Assembly: GCA_965649825.1 (NCBI GenBank) | Contig: OZ287701.1 | Coordinates: forward strand, 857,101 to 921,100 | From: Penicillus capitatus | Lineage: Eukaryota > Plantae > Chlorophyta | Length of the DNA stretch: 64,000 nucleotides | Reading direction: 5' to 3' | Shown: one piece after another, positions 51,601 through 62,306 of the stretch | Numbering within the stretch: the first letter of the stretch is position 1 | How the letters are laid out: every line of letters starts with the position of its first letter | Translations under genes and position numbers: made by a program | Notes under the pieces: model-generated | Databases searched by the model: none | Told to the model about the DNA's origin: nothing | What the model saw: only the letters and a program-made list of their open reading frames with translations

Positions 51601-54600
51601 AAGAAAGCGGACTCCTCTTGCCTGTTTTGGAGGACCAAGCGTATAGGTTCCCTCAACTAACTTTCCAGAAGTATTTTGCTGGAAGACACATTGCAAAGAA
51701 TTTACAAAGAAAAGGATTAGATGGGGAAAGAGTAGTGGCGTTTGTTCGAGAAGAAAAATACAATCAGAAGCATGCTGCGACACTTTCATTCGGTATGCAC
51801 GCATTTGCAGAAAGCCGAGGAAAAGATGCGCTGCAAGAAATGCTTTCGATTGTCGACGAAGAACCCGTCGAGGTTTTCGGTATACAACACTTTTTTCTGA
51901 AGATGCGAATCCTCAATGCAACCTTAGAAGAGACACATGAAGATGATTTGAAAGAACTTTTGGAGGACAAACGCGCAACGAAGCTCGCCGAAAGCGCTCG
52001 TCTGCTGCTCGAGCGCACTATCAATGATGCTGAAATTCGTAGAATCGTTGTCCAAGAGTTCCAACAATCGTCTCGTGTTTTGAAGAAATTTCCTCAAGTT
52101 CTCGACAAAACTATCAAAGAAGTAAAGAAGACGCTAGCATGCGTGCATAACTTGACGCAGAGAGAGCTGGACAAAGTCACAGATGTCTTAAAGCTCACGA
52201 ATCATTATGTGGAGCAAAGCAACACAATAATTAAATCCGTACTGGAAAAAGTTGACGAACCCGTTAGTCCGTGCATGACAAAGGAGTACATCAGAAGATT
52301 GAATTCTATTGCCAAACAATTGACCCATCTCGCCGGCAAGTTTCTGCCAAAGCTGGCTGAGAAGTGCGGCGATGAAGACACGGCCGTGCGTCGAGACGCG
52401 ATGACGGCGATCAGCAGTGTGATCGCAGCGGCGCCCCATCACGCCGGCGAGTTTCTGCCGAAGCTGGCTGAGATGTGCGGCGATGGAGACACGGCCGTGC
52501 GTCGAGACGCGATGACGGCGATCAGCAGTGTCGTCGCAGCGGCGCCCCATCACGCCGGCGAGTTTCTGCCGAAGCTGGCTGAGATGTGCGGCGATGGAGA
52601 CACGGCCGTGCGTCAAGACGCGATGACGGCGATCAGCAGTGTGATCGCAGCGGCGCCCCATCACGCCGTCAAGGTCCTGCCGGCACTGGCCGAAGGGTTT
52701 GGAGACGGAAACTTAGCCTTGCGTGAAGCAGCAATGTCTGCGATTGGAAGTGTCGTCTCAGCGGCGCCTCAACACGCCGACAAAGTCCTGCCGAAGCTGG
52801 CCGAGAAGTGCGGCGATGGAGACTGGGCCGTGCGTCGAGACGCGATGATGGCTCTCAGCAGTGTCGTCTCGGCGGCGCCTCAACACGCCGCCGAGTTTCT
52901 GCCAACGCTGGCTGAGGGGTGCAAAGACGGAGACGAGAACGTGCGTGAAGCAGCGATGTCGGCGATTGGCAGTGTCGTCGCGGCGGCGCCCAATCACGCC
53001 GGCGAGTGTCTGCCGACGCTGGCCGAGGGTTGCAAAGACGGAGACGGGAACGTGCGTGAAGCAGCGATGTCGGCGATTGGCAGTGTCGTCGCAGCGGCGC
53101 CCCATCACGCCGGCGAGTTTCTGCCGACGCTGGCCGAGGGTTGCAGAGTCAGAGACGTCGTGTTCGTGCGTCGAGCAGCGATGTCGGCGATTGGCAGTGT
53201 CGTCGCCGCGGCGCCAAATCACGCCGGCGAGTTTCTGCCGAGGCTGGCCAAGGGATGCAAAGACAGAGACGGGAACGTGCGTTATGCAGCGATGTCGGCG
53301 ATTGGCAGTGTCGTCGCGGCGGCGCCCAATCACGCCGGCGAGTTTTTGCCGACGCTGGCCGAGTGGTGCAGAGACAGAGACCGGAACGTGCGTCGAGCAG
53401 CGATGTCGGCGATTGGCAGTGTCGTCGCCGCGGCGCCAAATCACGCCGGCGAGTTTTTGCCGACGCTGGCCGAGTGGTGCAGAGACAGAGACCGGAACGT
53501 GCGTCGAGCAGCGATGTCGGCGATTGGCAGTGTCGTCGCCGCGGCGCCAAATCACGCCGGCGAGTTTTTGCCGACGCTGGCCGAGTGGTGCAGAGACAGA
53601 GACCGGAACGTGCGTCGAGCAGCGATGTCGGCGATTGGCAGTGTCGTCGCCGCGGCGCCAAATCACGCCGGCGAGTTTTTGCCGACGCTGGCCGAGTGGT
53701 GCAGAGACAGAGACCGGAACGTGCGTGAAGCAGCGATGTCGGCGATTGGCAGTGTCGTCGCGGCGGCGCCCAATCACGCCGGCGAGTGTCTGCCGACGCT
53801 GGCCGAGTGGTGCAGAGACAGAATCAGGAACGTGCGTCGAGAAGCGATGTCGGCGATTGGCAGTGTCGTCGCCGCGGCGCCAAATCACGCCGGCGAGTTT
53901 CTGCCGACGCTGGCCGAGGGGTGCAGAGACAGAGACGGGAACGTGCGTTATGCAGCGATGTCGGCGATTGGCAGTGTCGTCGCGGCGGCGCCCAATCACG
54001 CCGGCGAGTTTCTGCCGAGGCTGGCCAAGGGATGCAAAGACAGAGACGGGAACGTGCGTTATGCAGCGATGTCGGCGATTGGCAGTGTCGTCGCGGCGGC
54101 GCCCAATCACGCCGGCGAGTTTCTGCCGAGGCTGGCCAAGGGATGCAAAGACAGAGACGGGAACGTGCGTGAAGCAGCGATGTCGGCGATTGGCAGTGTC
54201 GTCGCGGCGGCGCCCAATCACGCCGGCGAGTGTCTGCCGACGCTGGCCGAGGGTTGCAAAGACGGAGTCTGGAACGTGCGTCGAGAATCGATGTCGGCGA
54301 TTGTCAGTGTCGTCGCCGCGGCGCCAAATCACGCCGGCGAGTTTTTGCCGACGCTGGCTGAGGGGTGCAGTGACGGAGACTCGGCTGTGCGTGATGCAGC
54401 CATGTTGGCGATTGGAAGTGTTATCGCGGCAGCTCCTCAACACGCCGCCGAATTCCTGCAGACGCTTGCTAATCGGTGCGGCGACGGAAACCCTTCTGTG
54501 CGTCGAGCAGCGATATTGGCGATTGGCAGTGTCGTCGCGGCAGCTCCTCAACACGCCGCCGAGTTTCTACCGACACTGGCAGGCGGGTGCGCCGACGGAT

Positions 54601-55877
54601 ACCCGTCCGTGCGTCACGCAGCGGTGTTGGCAATTGGCAATGTTGTCGCGGCGGCGCCTCAACACGCCGGCGATTTCCAACCGATGCTTGACGAAGGGTG
54701 CTGCGACGATGACCCTTCTGTGCGTCGATCAGCGATATCGGCAATTGGCATTGTTGTCGCGGCGGCGCCTCAACACGTGGGCGAGTTTCTGCCGTTACTG
54801 GCTAAGGGATGCAGCGACTTGTACTTCTCTGTGCGTCGAGCAGCGATTTCGGCGATTGGCAGTGTCGTCGCGAATACATCACACATCCTGACGGCACTAT
54901 TTCAGTTACTAAAGACAGGATACGAAGATAAAGATTTCTTTGTGCGTCAGAATGCGATAGAGAACGTCGGCAGAGCTTTAAGGGAGAGACAGTTTTCTGA
55001 CCGCCAACTGCTACCGATTCTGAAGAGTGGTTGTAACGACAAAGACTTCTTTGTGCGCCAAACCGCAATAGAAGCTGTCTGCAAAGCCATCATAGTCGAG
55101 CCAAATCTTTCTGGCGGATTGCTGAAGCTTCTTGACGAAGAGTGCATTGACAAGGTCTATTTTGTGCGTTGGAGTGCAATGGAAGCCATGGGCAAGGCCT
55201 TAGAAGCAACGTCACATCTGACGGATAGAGGTCTGTCGATTCTTGAGAAAGGTCATCGCGACGAAGATTTCTTTGTACGTCTGAAAGCAATAGATGCCGT
55301 CGGCTCGGCAGTCGCTGCAGCGCCAGAACTCGCTGGTGAACTCATGCCAATACTCGAGAGAGGGTGCGTGGACGAACACAGCGATGTTCGTGCTAATGCG
55401 CTCAAGGCCGTAGAGGCAGCGCCGCAATTCGTCGTTAAACTCTTATCGATGCTCGAGAACCAGCGCATGGATGAACACAGCGATGTGCGTTCGAGTGTGT
55501 TGAAGGCTATTGGGGGAGTTGTTGAGACGGCTCTACATCTCGTGGGCGAACTGCTGCCAATGCTTCAGAGACGGTGCGACAACGAACAGTCCTTCCCCGT
55601 TCGACGAAATCCAAGAACAATGCCAAATGAATCGAGACTAACTTGGATTACTCCTCCATCAAAGATCTCTGCTCTAATGAATAAGTTCTTGCTCGTTTTT
55701 ATTCAAAACTCATTTACACTGGAACCAACTACGGAAGACGAGAAAGTTTCTCTTGTGCTACATGCATCATCATCGCATGAGATTGGGAACTGGGAAGGGG
55801 AAGCTCTCGACAAGCATCTCGAGCATTTGAGAAGAGATTTTGAAGATAAGTTTCCGGGTTTGTTGAGAAGCTTGTAG
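48618..55877 (+). CDS. NLR-like STAND protein: helical N-terminal domain + NACHT NTPase + about 29 HEAT repeats
   Basis: A 52-nt GT-AG intron (50447-50498) joins ORF 48548-50530 to ORF 50463-55877 in frame. Walker A LYGNPGSGKT (50796-50819), Walker B LLVVDGLDE, and winged-helix-type FPQLTFQKYFAG, followed by the HEAT array. Start codon uncertain (48618 or 48951). Confidence 0.9.
52340..55580 (+). repeat. Coding tandem array of 111-bp (37-aa) HEAT repeats
   Basis: The period was measured directly (agtttttgcc at 53341 and 53452). About 13 central units are near-identical and the flanking units are progressively more diverged. Confidence 0.97.
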
Positions 55878-56235
55878 TAAAGAATGAATGAATGGCACTT
55901 TGAAAATAAAGGTTTGCAAAACTCAAGCGATCGAGACACGTTAACACCTATCATGACTTGTTCAAGTTTGGAAGCAAGTGGTTCGATGATGGAGCGAACG
56001 GCCCTATTCAATATTTCGGACTGACGAAGATGATTTCATGTCTTTGAGCGTTTCTTGATCTATGCATCACCAGCAAAATGTGTGCCTCGTTTGGAGTGTT
56101 CTCATTGGCCGGACGTGTGATTCGTGCGTCTTATTAAGTGCATTAAAGTATAAGCACGTTACTCAAGTACGTATGGGTATCGCTGGATGTGGTTGATAGT
56201 GAGATACATTTGTAAGAGGCGAGTTGCTTCACCAT

Positions 56236-56384
56236 TGTGATCCCATAGCGCAGAGGTTCAGAAAACGAGACTGCTCTTCTTAAAAAGCGTCTATGCACAA
56301 GAATACAAGGTATATATACTCACTGTCTTCTCATTCGTTTTCATTCGTAGGTAGGGTCACATCAGTCGTCTTCTGGCAACTACA
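56236..56384 (-). repeat. 3' LTR of gypsy element
   Basis: Identical to 60913-61061. Confidence 0.95.
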
Positions 56385-59175
56385 ATCGCTACCCTGCGCT
56401 TTACTCCGACAAAAAAAAAACGACGCAGGTGATCTCTATGAGCCAGAAAGGGCTTTTTTGATGTAGGCGAAACAAGATAATAAAGTTGAGCAGAAAACCG
56501 TCTCTGAACGATAAAAGGTCCTTGCCACTGAGGTGCCAGCTTATTGCCATGCGTCTGAGCAAGCTGATTGTCAAACAATAATACTTTCTCTCCCATTTCA
56601 AAATCCTCAGATCTATAAGGTAGAGAGGCTTGTCTCTTCTGCTTGTACTGTAATTGTGCATCGATTGCTGTCCAGCGAGTCGCAAAATATCTTCATGTCG
56701 TATCTGACTAGGATCTTCCGAATTCGGCTCGACAACGGTCGAGGGAGTAACTGAATGAAGACGCGGCTGATAGCCAAAAGCAATCTGTATGGCGCTGAGG
56801 TGGGTCACGGAGTTCGGATGAGAGTTCAGCAGTGCCTGGATCTGCGGGAGGCAGACTGCCCACTTTCCACCTTTCTGAAGGCGTTGCAGGCGTCGAATGA
56901 TTTCCTGATTAAGACGCTCAACTGTCCCGTTGCATTGAGGTCGATATGCAGGGATTCTTCGTCGATTGATGCCGCGATCTGACATCCAATTGGACAATTG
57001 ATTTCCGACAAAGGCCGGTGCGTTATCCGTTTGTAGACAATCAGGATTGCCAAAAAGTGAAATCCAGCGCTCAAGAAGCTTGATAATCGCTGCTGCGTTT
57101 GCCTTGGACGACGCAGAAATCAGACAGAAACGTGTGCAAAGGTCCACCGCTGCGATAATGAATCTCTGTGATCCATCTGGCTTCATCGGTCCAATAACAT
57201 CCAGACCTACGCACTGGTTCATCTGCTGCCAGGTATTGAACGATTGAGCAACAGGGGGGTCATGTCTCGCGAAATGTTGACATCTTTCACAACTGCGTAC
57301 CCAGTTTTGCACGTGCGAGGGGGCATCAGGAAAGTAGATCATCTTCTGTAGGTTGTGTAGAGTGGTTTGGCTTCCATAATGCCCACTCTGTTCATGTGCT
57401 TTGCACAACCATTGAGAGATCTCATTCCTATTGAGGCAGCACGGTCGCCAGTGCATTCCATCGGCGGAATATTCCATTTTTTCTGATCTCATCCGGAAAA
57501 ACCTACTCCGATGCTTTATACGTGCTCTCTGTTGAGGAGTCGTTTCATTTGGGCACTTTCCTGTCCTCAGATAGTCTTCCATGTGCAAGTACCACTCCGG
57601 CCATTCTGCATTGATTTTGGCCGCCGCCGCCGCCGCCGTTGATCCTTCGGCCTTCGAATCTTTGAGCTCTCTCCTCCACCATGGACTCCTGCTGAGCAAA
57701 TCGGCCACAACGTTTGACACACCGTCTACGTGTTCCACTCTGCCCACGGCCAAGTTTAGAGCATCCAAATGCTTGTGTACCAAGAAACTCTGATCTTTGG
57801 TGCCGCTTGCCTGCTTGACCACAGTTGCGTCGGTAAAAATGGTCAGTCGCTTGCCCATGATCAGATGCCTCACTTCCTTCAGTGCTCGTTCCATCCCGAG
57901 AAGTTCTGCTTTGCCACTTGAACGAAATTTCTCTCGTCGGAATCCTCCTGCCCCGAGTCGGATTAGTTGTTTTGTTTCTCTGCTGAAGAGGGCATATCCG
58001 AATCCGTCTCTACTTGCGTCGATGTAAAGATCCACGCTGGTTCCAGCTGCATCAGGCCGATTGTACCACAAGCGGCTCGTTGACTTGATGATAGCCTTCC
58101 AATGATCAGGATTTTCTTGCCAGTACTTTCTTATCGTCGCCGCGTCTGCATTGCACAATCTCTGCAACGTTGCTAGACTTTTAGCGTCTCCTCGACAGTA
58201 TCGCAGCAATGCGCGGATAACTCCCAAGCATGATCGAACTTCAGTTCGAGTCTGCGGTGGTTTGGCCGAGAGCAGCTTCTGCAAAGTTCCCTCTGGTGGG
58301 AGAACTCCTTGTGGTGTGAATCGATGCCCCAGAAATTCCAGCTCTTCTACGGCATATGAGCATTTCTTCGGGGATATCGTCCATCCGTATTTCCTGTAGG
58401 TGAGCAGCAGATTGTGCACCGCTTTTGCCAGATCTTGCTTGGTCCGTGCCCCGATGCAGACATCATCGGCATAACTCTCGATGGCAACGTGGATTCCACT
58501 TTTCTTTATCTGATCGCGGGCTTCTGAAATCGTCATCTGAACTGCATTTTCAAAGAAAGCCATTGAATTAGTCCATCCCATGGGTAATCTCGTAAACGCG
58601 TATGGTTGCTTGTCAAACACAGTCACGAAGTAAGGCTGCAAATCAGCAGCCAGTGGAATTTGATAGAAACCATGCCGAAAATCGAATTTTGCGTAGTACC
58701 TCATGCCACACAAATTCTGCACAGCTCCCTCGCGATGCATTGGCAAAGCGGGGCTTCTCGCTGTCAATTTGTTCAAGCCTCGAAAATCCAGAACCACTCT
58801 GCGTTCGAGCGAGTCTTTCTTCTCCACTGAAAACCAAGGTATCAAGTGCTTCGGCTTTCCTTTGAATTTCTCCACGATCCCAGCGTTTATTAACTGATCG
58901 ATCTCACTTCTGCAAGCTGCAGTCTCGGCAGCGAAGGCATACGGGAGCTTCGTGTGAACGGAATGCAGCTTTCCCGCAACATCCTTTAAACTAACCTCCC
59001 ATCCCGAGAAACGTCCAACTCCCTCACGGATGACGTCTGGGAATCGGGTCAGCAGCTGTCCTCTGCTGCAGCAGTCAATTTCATCATTCGGCGACAGTAA
59101 GCCTGACTGCGCGTTTACTGTCGCTTCTGAAAAGATCTTCGATTTCCTCTGAGCTGATGTTTCTCTCCATTGCAA
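56357..59175 (-). CDS. Pol: reverse transcriptase, RNase H, integrase (frameshift near the integrase C-terminus)
   Basis: RT RVVLDFRGLN, FDFRHGFYQ, PMG and YADD (58462-58473). RNase H IDAS...ELLG...FTD. Integrase H-H-C-C zinc motif, GLDVIG, QTDN and VERLN. The GPF motif (LAPQWQGPF) lies in another frame (56357-56596). Confidence 0.95.
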
Positions 59176-60923
59176 TCGCTGACGACAGGATCCACACCCG
59201 CCGGAACTGGCACTTCAAAGATCGTCGTCTTTCCAGTTATTCTGACCGGTTCTTCGCGATGGTTTGTCAGAGTAAGCGTAGAGAAGCTCGCATACTGAAC
59301 ACCGAGATGTACGGAAAAGGTAGGCGCCACAACAGGTGTTCGCTTGTGGACTAGTGACCTTGGAATGACGATCGGTGTCTTCAGCATCCTACTCTCTTTT
59401 GGTCCAAGCACGACCGATCTGTTGAGTGGCACTTGCATCCTGTCACCCTTTAGCCCCGGAAGATGATCCACTTTTTCTGTAAGGCGACCAAGTCCCTCAG
59501 GTAGTATAGAGTTAACCGCCTCCTTATCCATCTTCGGGCCCGCAAACAAACAGTTAATCTTTCTGCCCCTGATGCTTACTGAGCGGCTATGGGGGTGTGC
59601 CGAGATCTGGTTGTCGGCCATAGCATCGAGGCCCAACAGCAAATCATACCCAGGCTTAGGTAGGACCATACAATCCAGATTGAACCTTTGGTTGGCGGAT
59701 TTTTCGACAGAAACTGCAATCTCACACCTTCCATAGACCTTGGTTGCTTGGCCATGGGCGAGCAACAGCCGTGTGTCATCTGGCCTGACCTTAGCGCCGA
59801 GCTCTTCCGCCAGCGCCAACGATATGATCGATGATTCCGCCCCTGTGTCGACAAGCGCATCGATCTTTCTCGGATATCCGAGATGGCTCTGGGAAACGAG
59901 GCCTAATTTCATCACCCTTCTCTTCGCTTTTGTCGCAACTGTCTTGGCTGTGTTCGCTAGTAATGTATCAGGCTCTGATGTAGCGTCCTCCACTTCACTC
60001 AACGTCTCGCAGATAGGTTCTGCGGCTTGCATATTGGACATGGAGTTCTCAGCGACGAAAGCACGACGACCGCCTCCTCTCCTCTGCTGAGGCTGTGATC
60101 TTCTTGGTCCATCAGTACCATTACAGAGTTTCTGCAGAAATCTGAGCATATTCTGCGCTTCGCGCTTCGAGGTTTTGCAGATTTCCCGAGCGCCGACCAT
60201 TACTCTTCCGGCGTTGGTAATGGCAGCAAAATTGATGGTCCCGTCATTCGCGATCACTCTACCGTCTGTTGCAGCATTGGCCTGGGCCGTCACCAAATCG
60301 ACATCCATCGCGTCTACATTGTCTTCCGTCTTCAGCTGTCCACCTGACTCCCAAAAACTTGCGTTTCGTATGACAGTGCTCATAACAGCGACCGTCGACA
60401 GTGGCGATAAGTGAAGCATCAATCTCCTCAGGTTAACAGGGAGCTTCCTGTAAAGAGTCTTAATCTGCGTCTCCGCTGACGCTGTAGTTGTCGTGCACAA
60501 AGTACGGTACCGATCGACGAAGTCGGACCAGGTCTCTCCTTTGGTCTTGGACAGCCTTGCGAGTTGTTCTTCGGCAGACAGACTTGGCTGTGGGCACGCA
60601 CCCAGAACAAGTTCCTTCAGAATACGCCATTTATGATCCGTTTCAACCGATGCGATTGGTGCGCCGAAAAAACGATGAACCGTCGCGGCTCCCCCAGTGA
60701 ATGCCGCATTAAAGGCGGCCAGTGAAACGAAATGTGGCTCGATTCTCTCGGTCACTTGTCTCAGCAATTCGAACGCAGGCGAACCGAATTCCAGCTTTTT
60801 CACGACATGCCTCAGACGAGGTCTATAGTCATCCTCAACAAGCGCCGCTGCGCTGAGCACTGACGCGAAAGCTTCCCGATCCATTTTCGAGGTAAGACGC
60901 TCCGAAACCAATTGTGATCCCAT
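59115..60923 (-). CDS. Gag-protease ORF with a downstream dUTPase-like segment
   Basis: Gag-like ETWSDFVDRYR...YRKLP, aspartic protease LVDTGAESSI (about 59847), and a post-protease beta-rich segment. Confidence 0.85.
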   Translation of the reverse strand: MGSQLVSERLTSKMDREAFASVLSAAALVEDDYRPRLRHVVKKLEFGSPAFELLRQVTERIEPHFVSLAAFNAAFTGGAATVHRFFGAPIASVETDHKWRILKELVLGACPQPSLSAEEQLARLSKTKGETWSDFVDRYRTLCTTTTASAETQIKTLYRKLPVNLRRLMLHLSPLSTVAVMSTVIRNASFWESGGQLKTEDNVDAMDVDLVTAQANAATDGRVIANDGTINFAAITNAGRVMVGAREICKTSKREAQNMLRFLQKLCNGTDGPRRSQPQQRRGGGRRAFVAENSMSNMQAAEPICETLSEVEDATSEPDTLLANTAKTVATKAKRRVMKLGLVSQSHLGYPRKIDALVDTGAESSIISLALAEELGAKVRPDDTRLLLAHGQATKVYGRCEIAVSVEKSANQRFNLDCMVLPKPGYDLLLGLDAMADNQISAHPHSRSVSIRGRKINCLFAGPKMDKEAVNSILPEGLGRLTEKVDHLPGLKGDRMQVPLNRSVVLGPKESRMLKTPIVIPRSLVHKRTPVVAPTFSVHLGVQYASFSTLTLTNHREEPVRITGKTTIFEVPVPAGVDPVVSDCNGEKHQLRGNRRSFQKRQ

Positions 60924-61061
60924 AGCGCAGAGGTTCAGAAAACGAGACTGCTCTTCTTAAAAAGCGTCTATGCACAAGAATACAAGGTATATATACTCAC
61001 TGTCTTCTCATTCGTTTTCATTCGTAGGTAGGGTCACATCAGTCGTCTTCTGGCAACTACA
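60913..61061 (-). repeat. 5' LTR of gypsy element
   Basis: Identical to 56236-56384 and followed on the minus strand by AT + PBS TGGTTTCGGAGCG. Confidence 0.95.
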
Positions 61062-62306
61062 CCATTAAGGAACGCGTTATAACTTGGCAAGATTCTCGAC
61101 ATCTTACAGTGCTACGGGTGAAGTAATAAAAACTTTGATAGAGTCATTGTGTGTCGGGAAGGGAGAGTTGTTTCTACAAACAAGGCTCCTCCTTGCGCGC
61201 AGAATCAATACATCCTACGTCGATCCGCGATGATGACGCCTTTGCAGCAAATTTGAGATGGCTACTGTCCGCTTATAGCATCAGGTTCGTCAAAAAGGAA
61301 AGGTACTCTTTTCATCTTCATTTGGAGAAACGTGGGTACACGTCCGTGCAAATAATCTTTTTATGTGCAACACGCGAGCAGCGAAAGAACACGGAGCATC
61401 GGCGGAAAAAGCGCTGAATGGGTAGTTAAAAAGAAAAGCACACAAGCTCGGTAATCGGCCTAAACGCTCAAAAAAGCTAACAGACGAACGAGGCGTCGAC
61501 AAGATGATACCTTGCGGTCGGACAGAAAAGCTCCTGCGGTCAGATTGGATGCATGTGTCGAGAGGAGGTCGAAAGAAACATGCTTAGGCGATGGCTGCAG
61601 TTCACCAAGGTTGCCAACTACTGGAAACGTGTGTCGATAGAATAACTGCGAGCTAAAGATGTCGACAAAGGAAGGAAGAACCGTGATTCGGTATGTTCGC
61701 TGTCTTTTTCTCTCTTGAAAATCCCCATGAAACAAGCTTGTTCGGTCTCTCCGATAGCGCAAAAGCAACTAGTGCGAAATCAATTAGGTCCATTGAAAGA
61801 AACCAAAATCGATGAAACACCTTTCCTACTGTCAAACGCAAAACGACTGACTCCTCAAAAGACTAGCCGAGGATATTACGTGTTGGATATGAAGCGTCCT
61901 ATCCGTCGTTCGTGGCCGTCGGAAGCGGTTCGCTGTCATGGTAACCACCTCGGCGCGCAGACCATCAGCTGCGACGGGTGTTAGCCTCCGAGCCAACTTC
62001 CTCATAACAGTAGGGCGATGGTTTCCGAACGAGCCCTGAAGTTCTCGACTATTAGATAGTATGGTTAGGAAACGCACAACCACCGTGGGTGCTTAAGGTT
62101 GACATTCCTGTTGTAAATAATCTCGAGTCCCTGTGCTATCGTTCGAGCGTTCGTTTGCGTCGTTGTCGCGTGCCTGTTCGACTCTGAGTTTCTCAAGTCG
62201 TTACATCGATCTCCGACAATACGGTTGAGATGAACGTTAGTAGGGTCGAGATGGTGCCTCAGAGCACGGAATGGATGCAACAGACATTCAGATACTCGCC
62301 GGATCA

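Larger units (their letters stand above)
56236..61061 (-). mobile_element. Ty3/gypsy LTR retrotransposon, full length, recent insertion
   Basis: Identical 149-bp TG...CA LTRs (56236-56384 and 60913-61061), 4-bp TSD CCAT, PBS at 60898-60910, and domain order gag-PR-RT-RH-IN. Confidence 0.96.

Noticed and set aside
52758-54891. Very long alternative-frame and antisense ORFs (598 aa minus, 676 aa plus) over the HEAT array
   Set aside because: These are shadows of a GC-rich in-frame 111-bp repeat: one stop-free unit propagates through all copies. They end where the repeat decays.
48618-55877. Prokaryotic antiviral STAND (Avs) operon or bacterial contamination
   Set aside because: The gene has a spliceosomal-type intron and sits among intron-rich eukaryotic genes. 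An ancient horizontal origin is not excluded.
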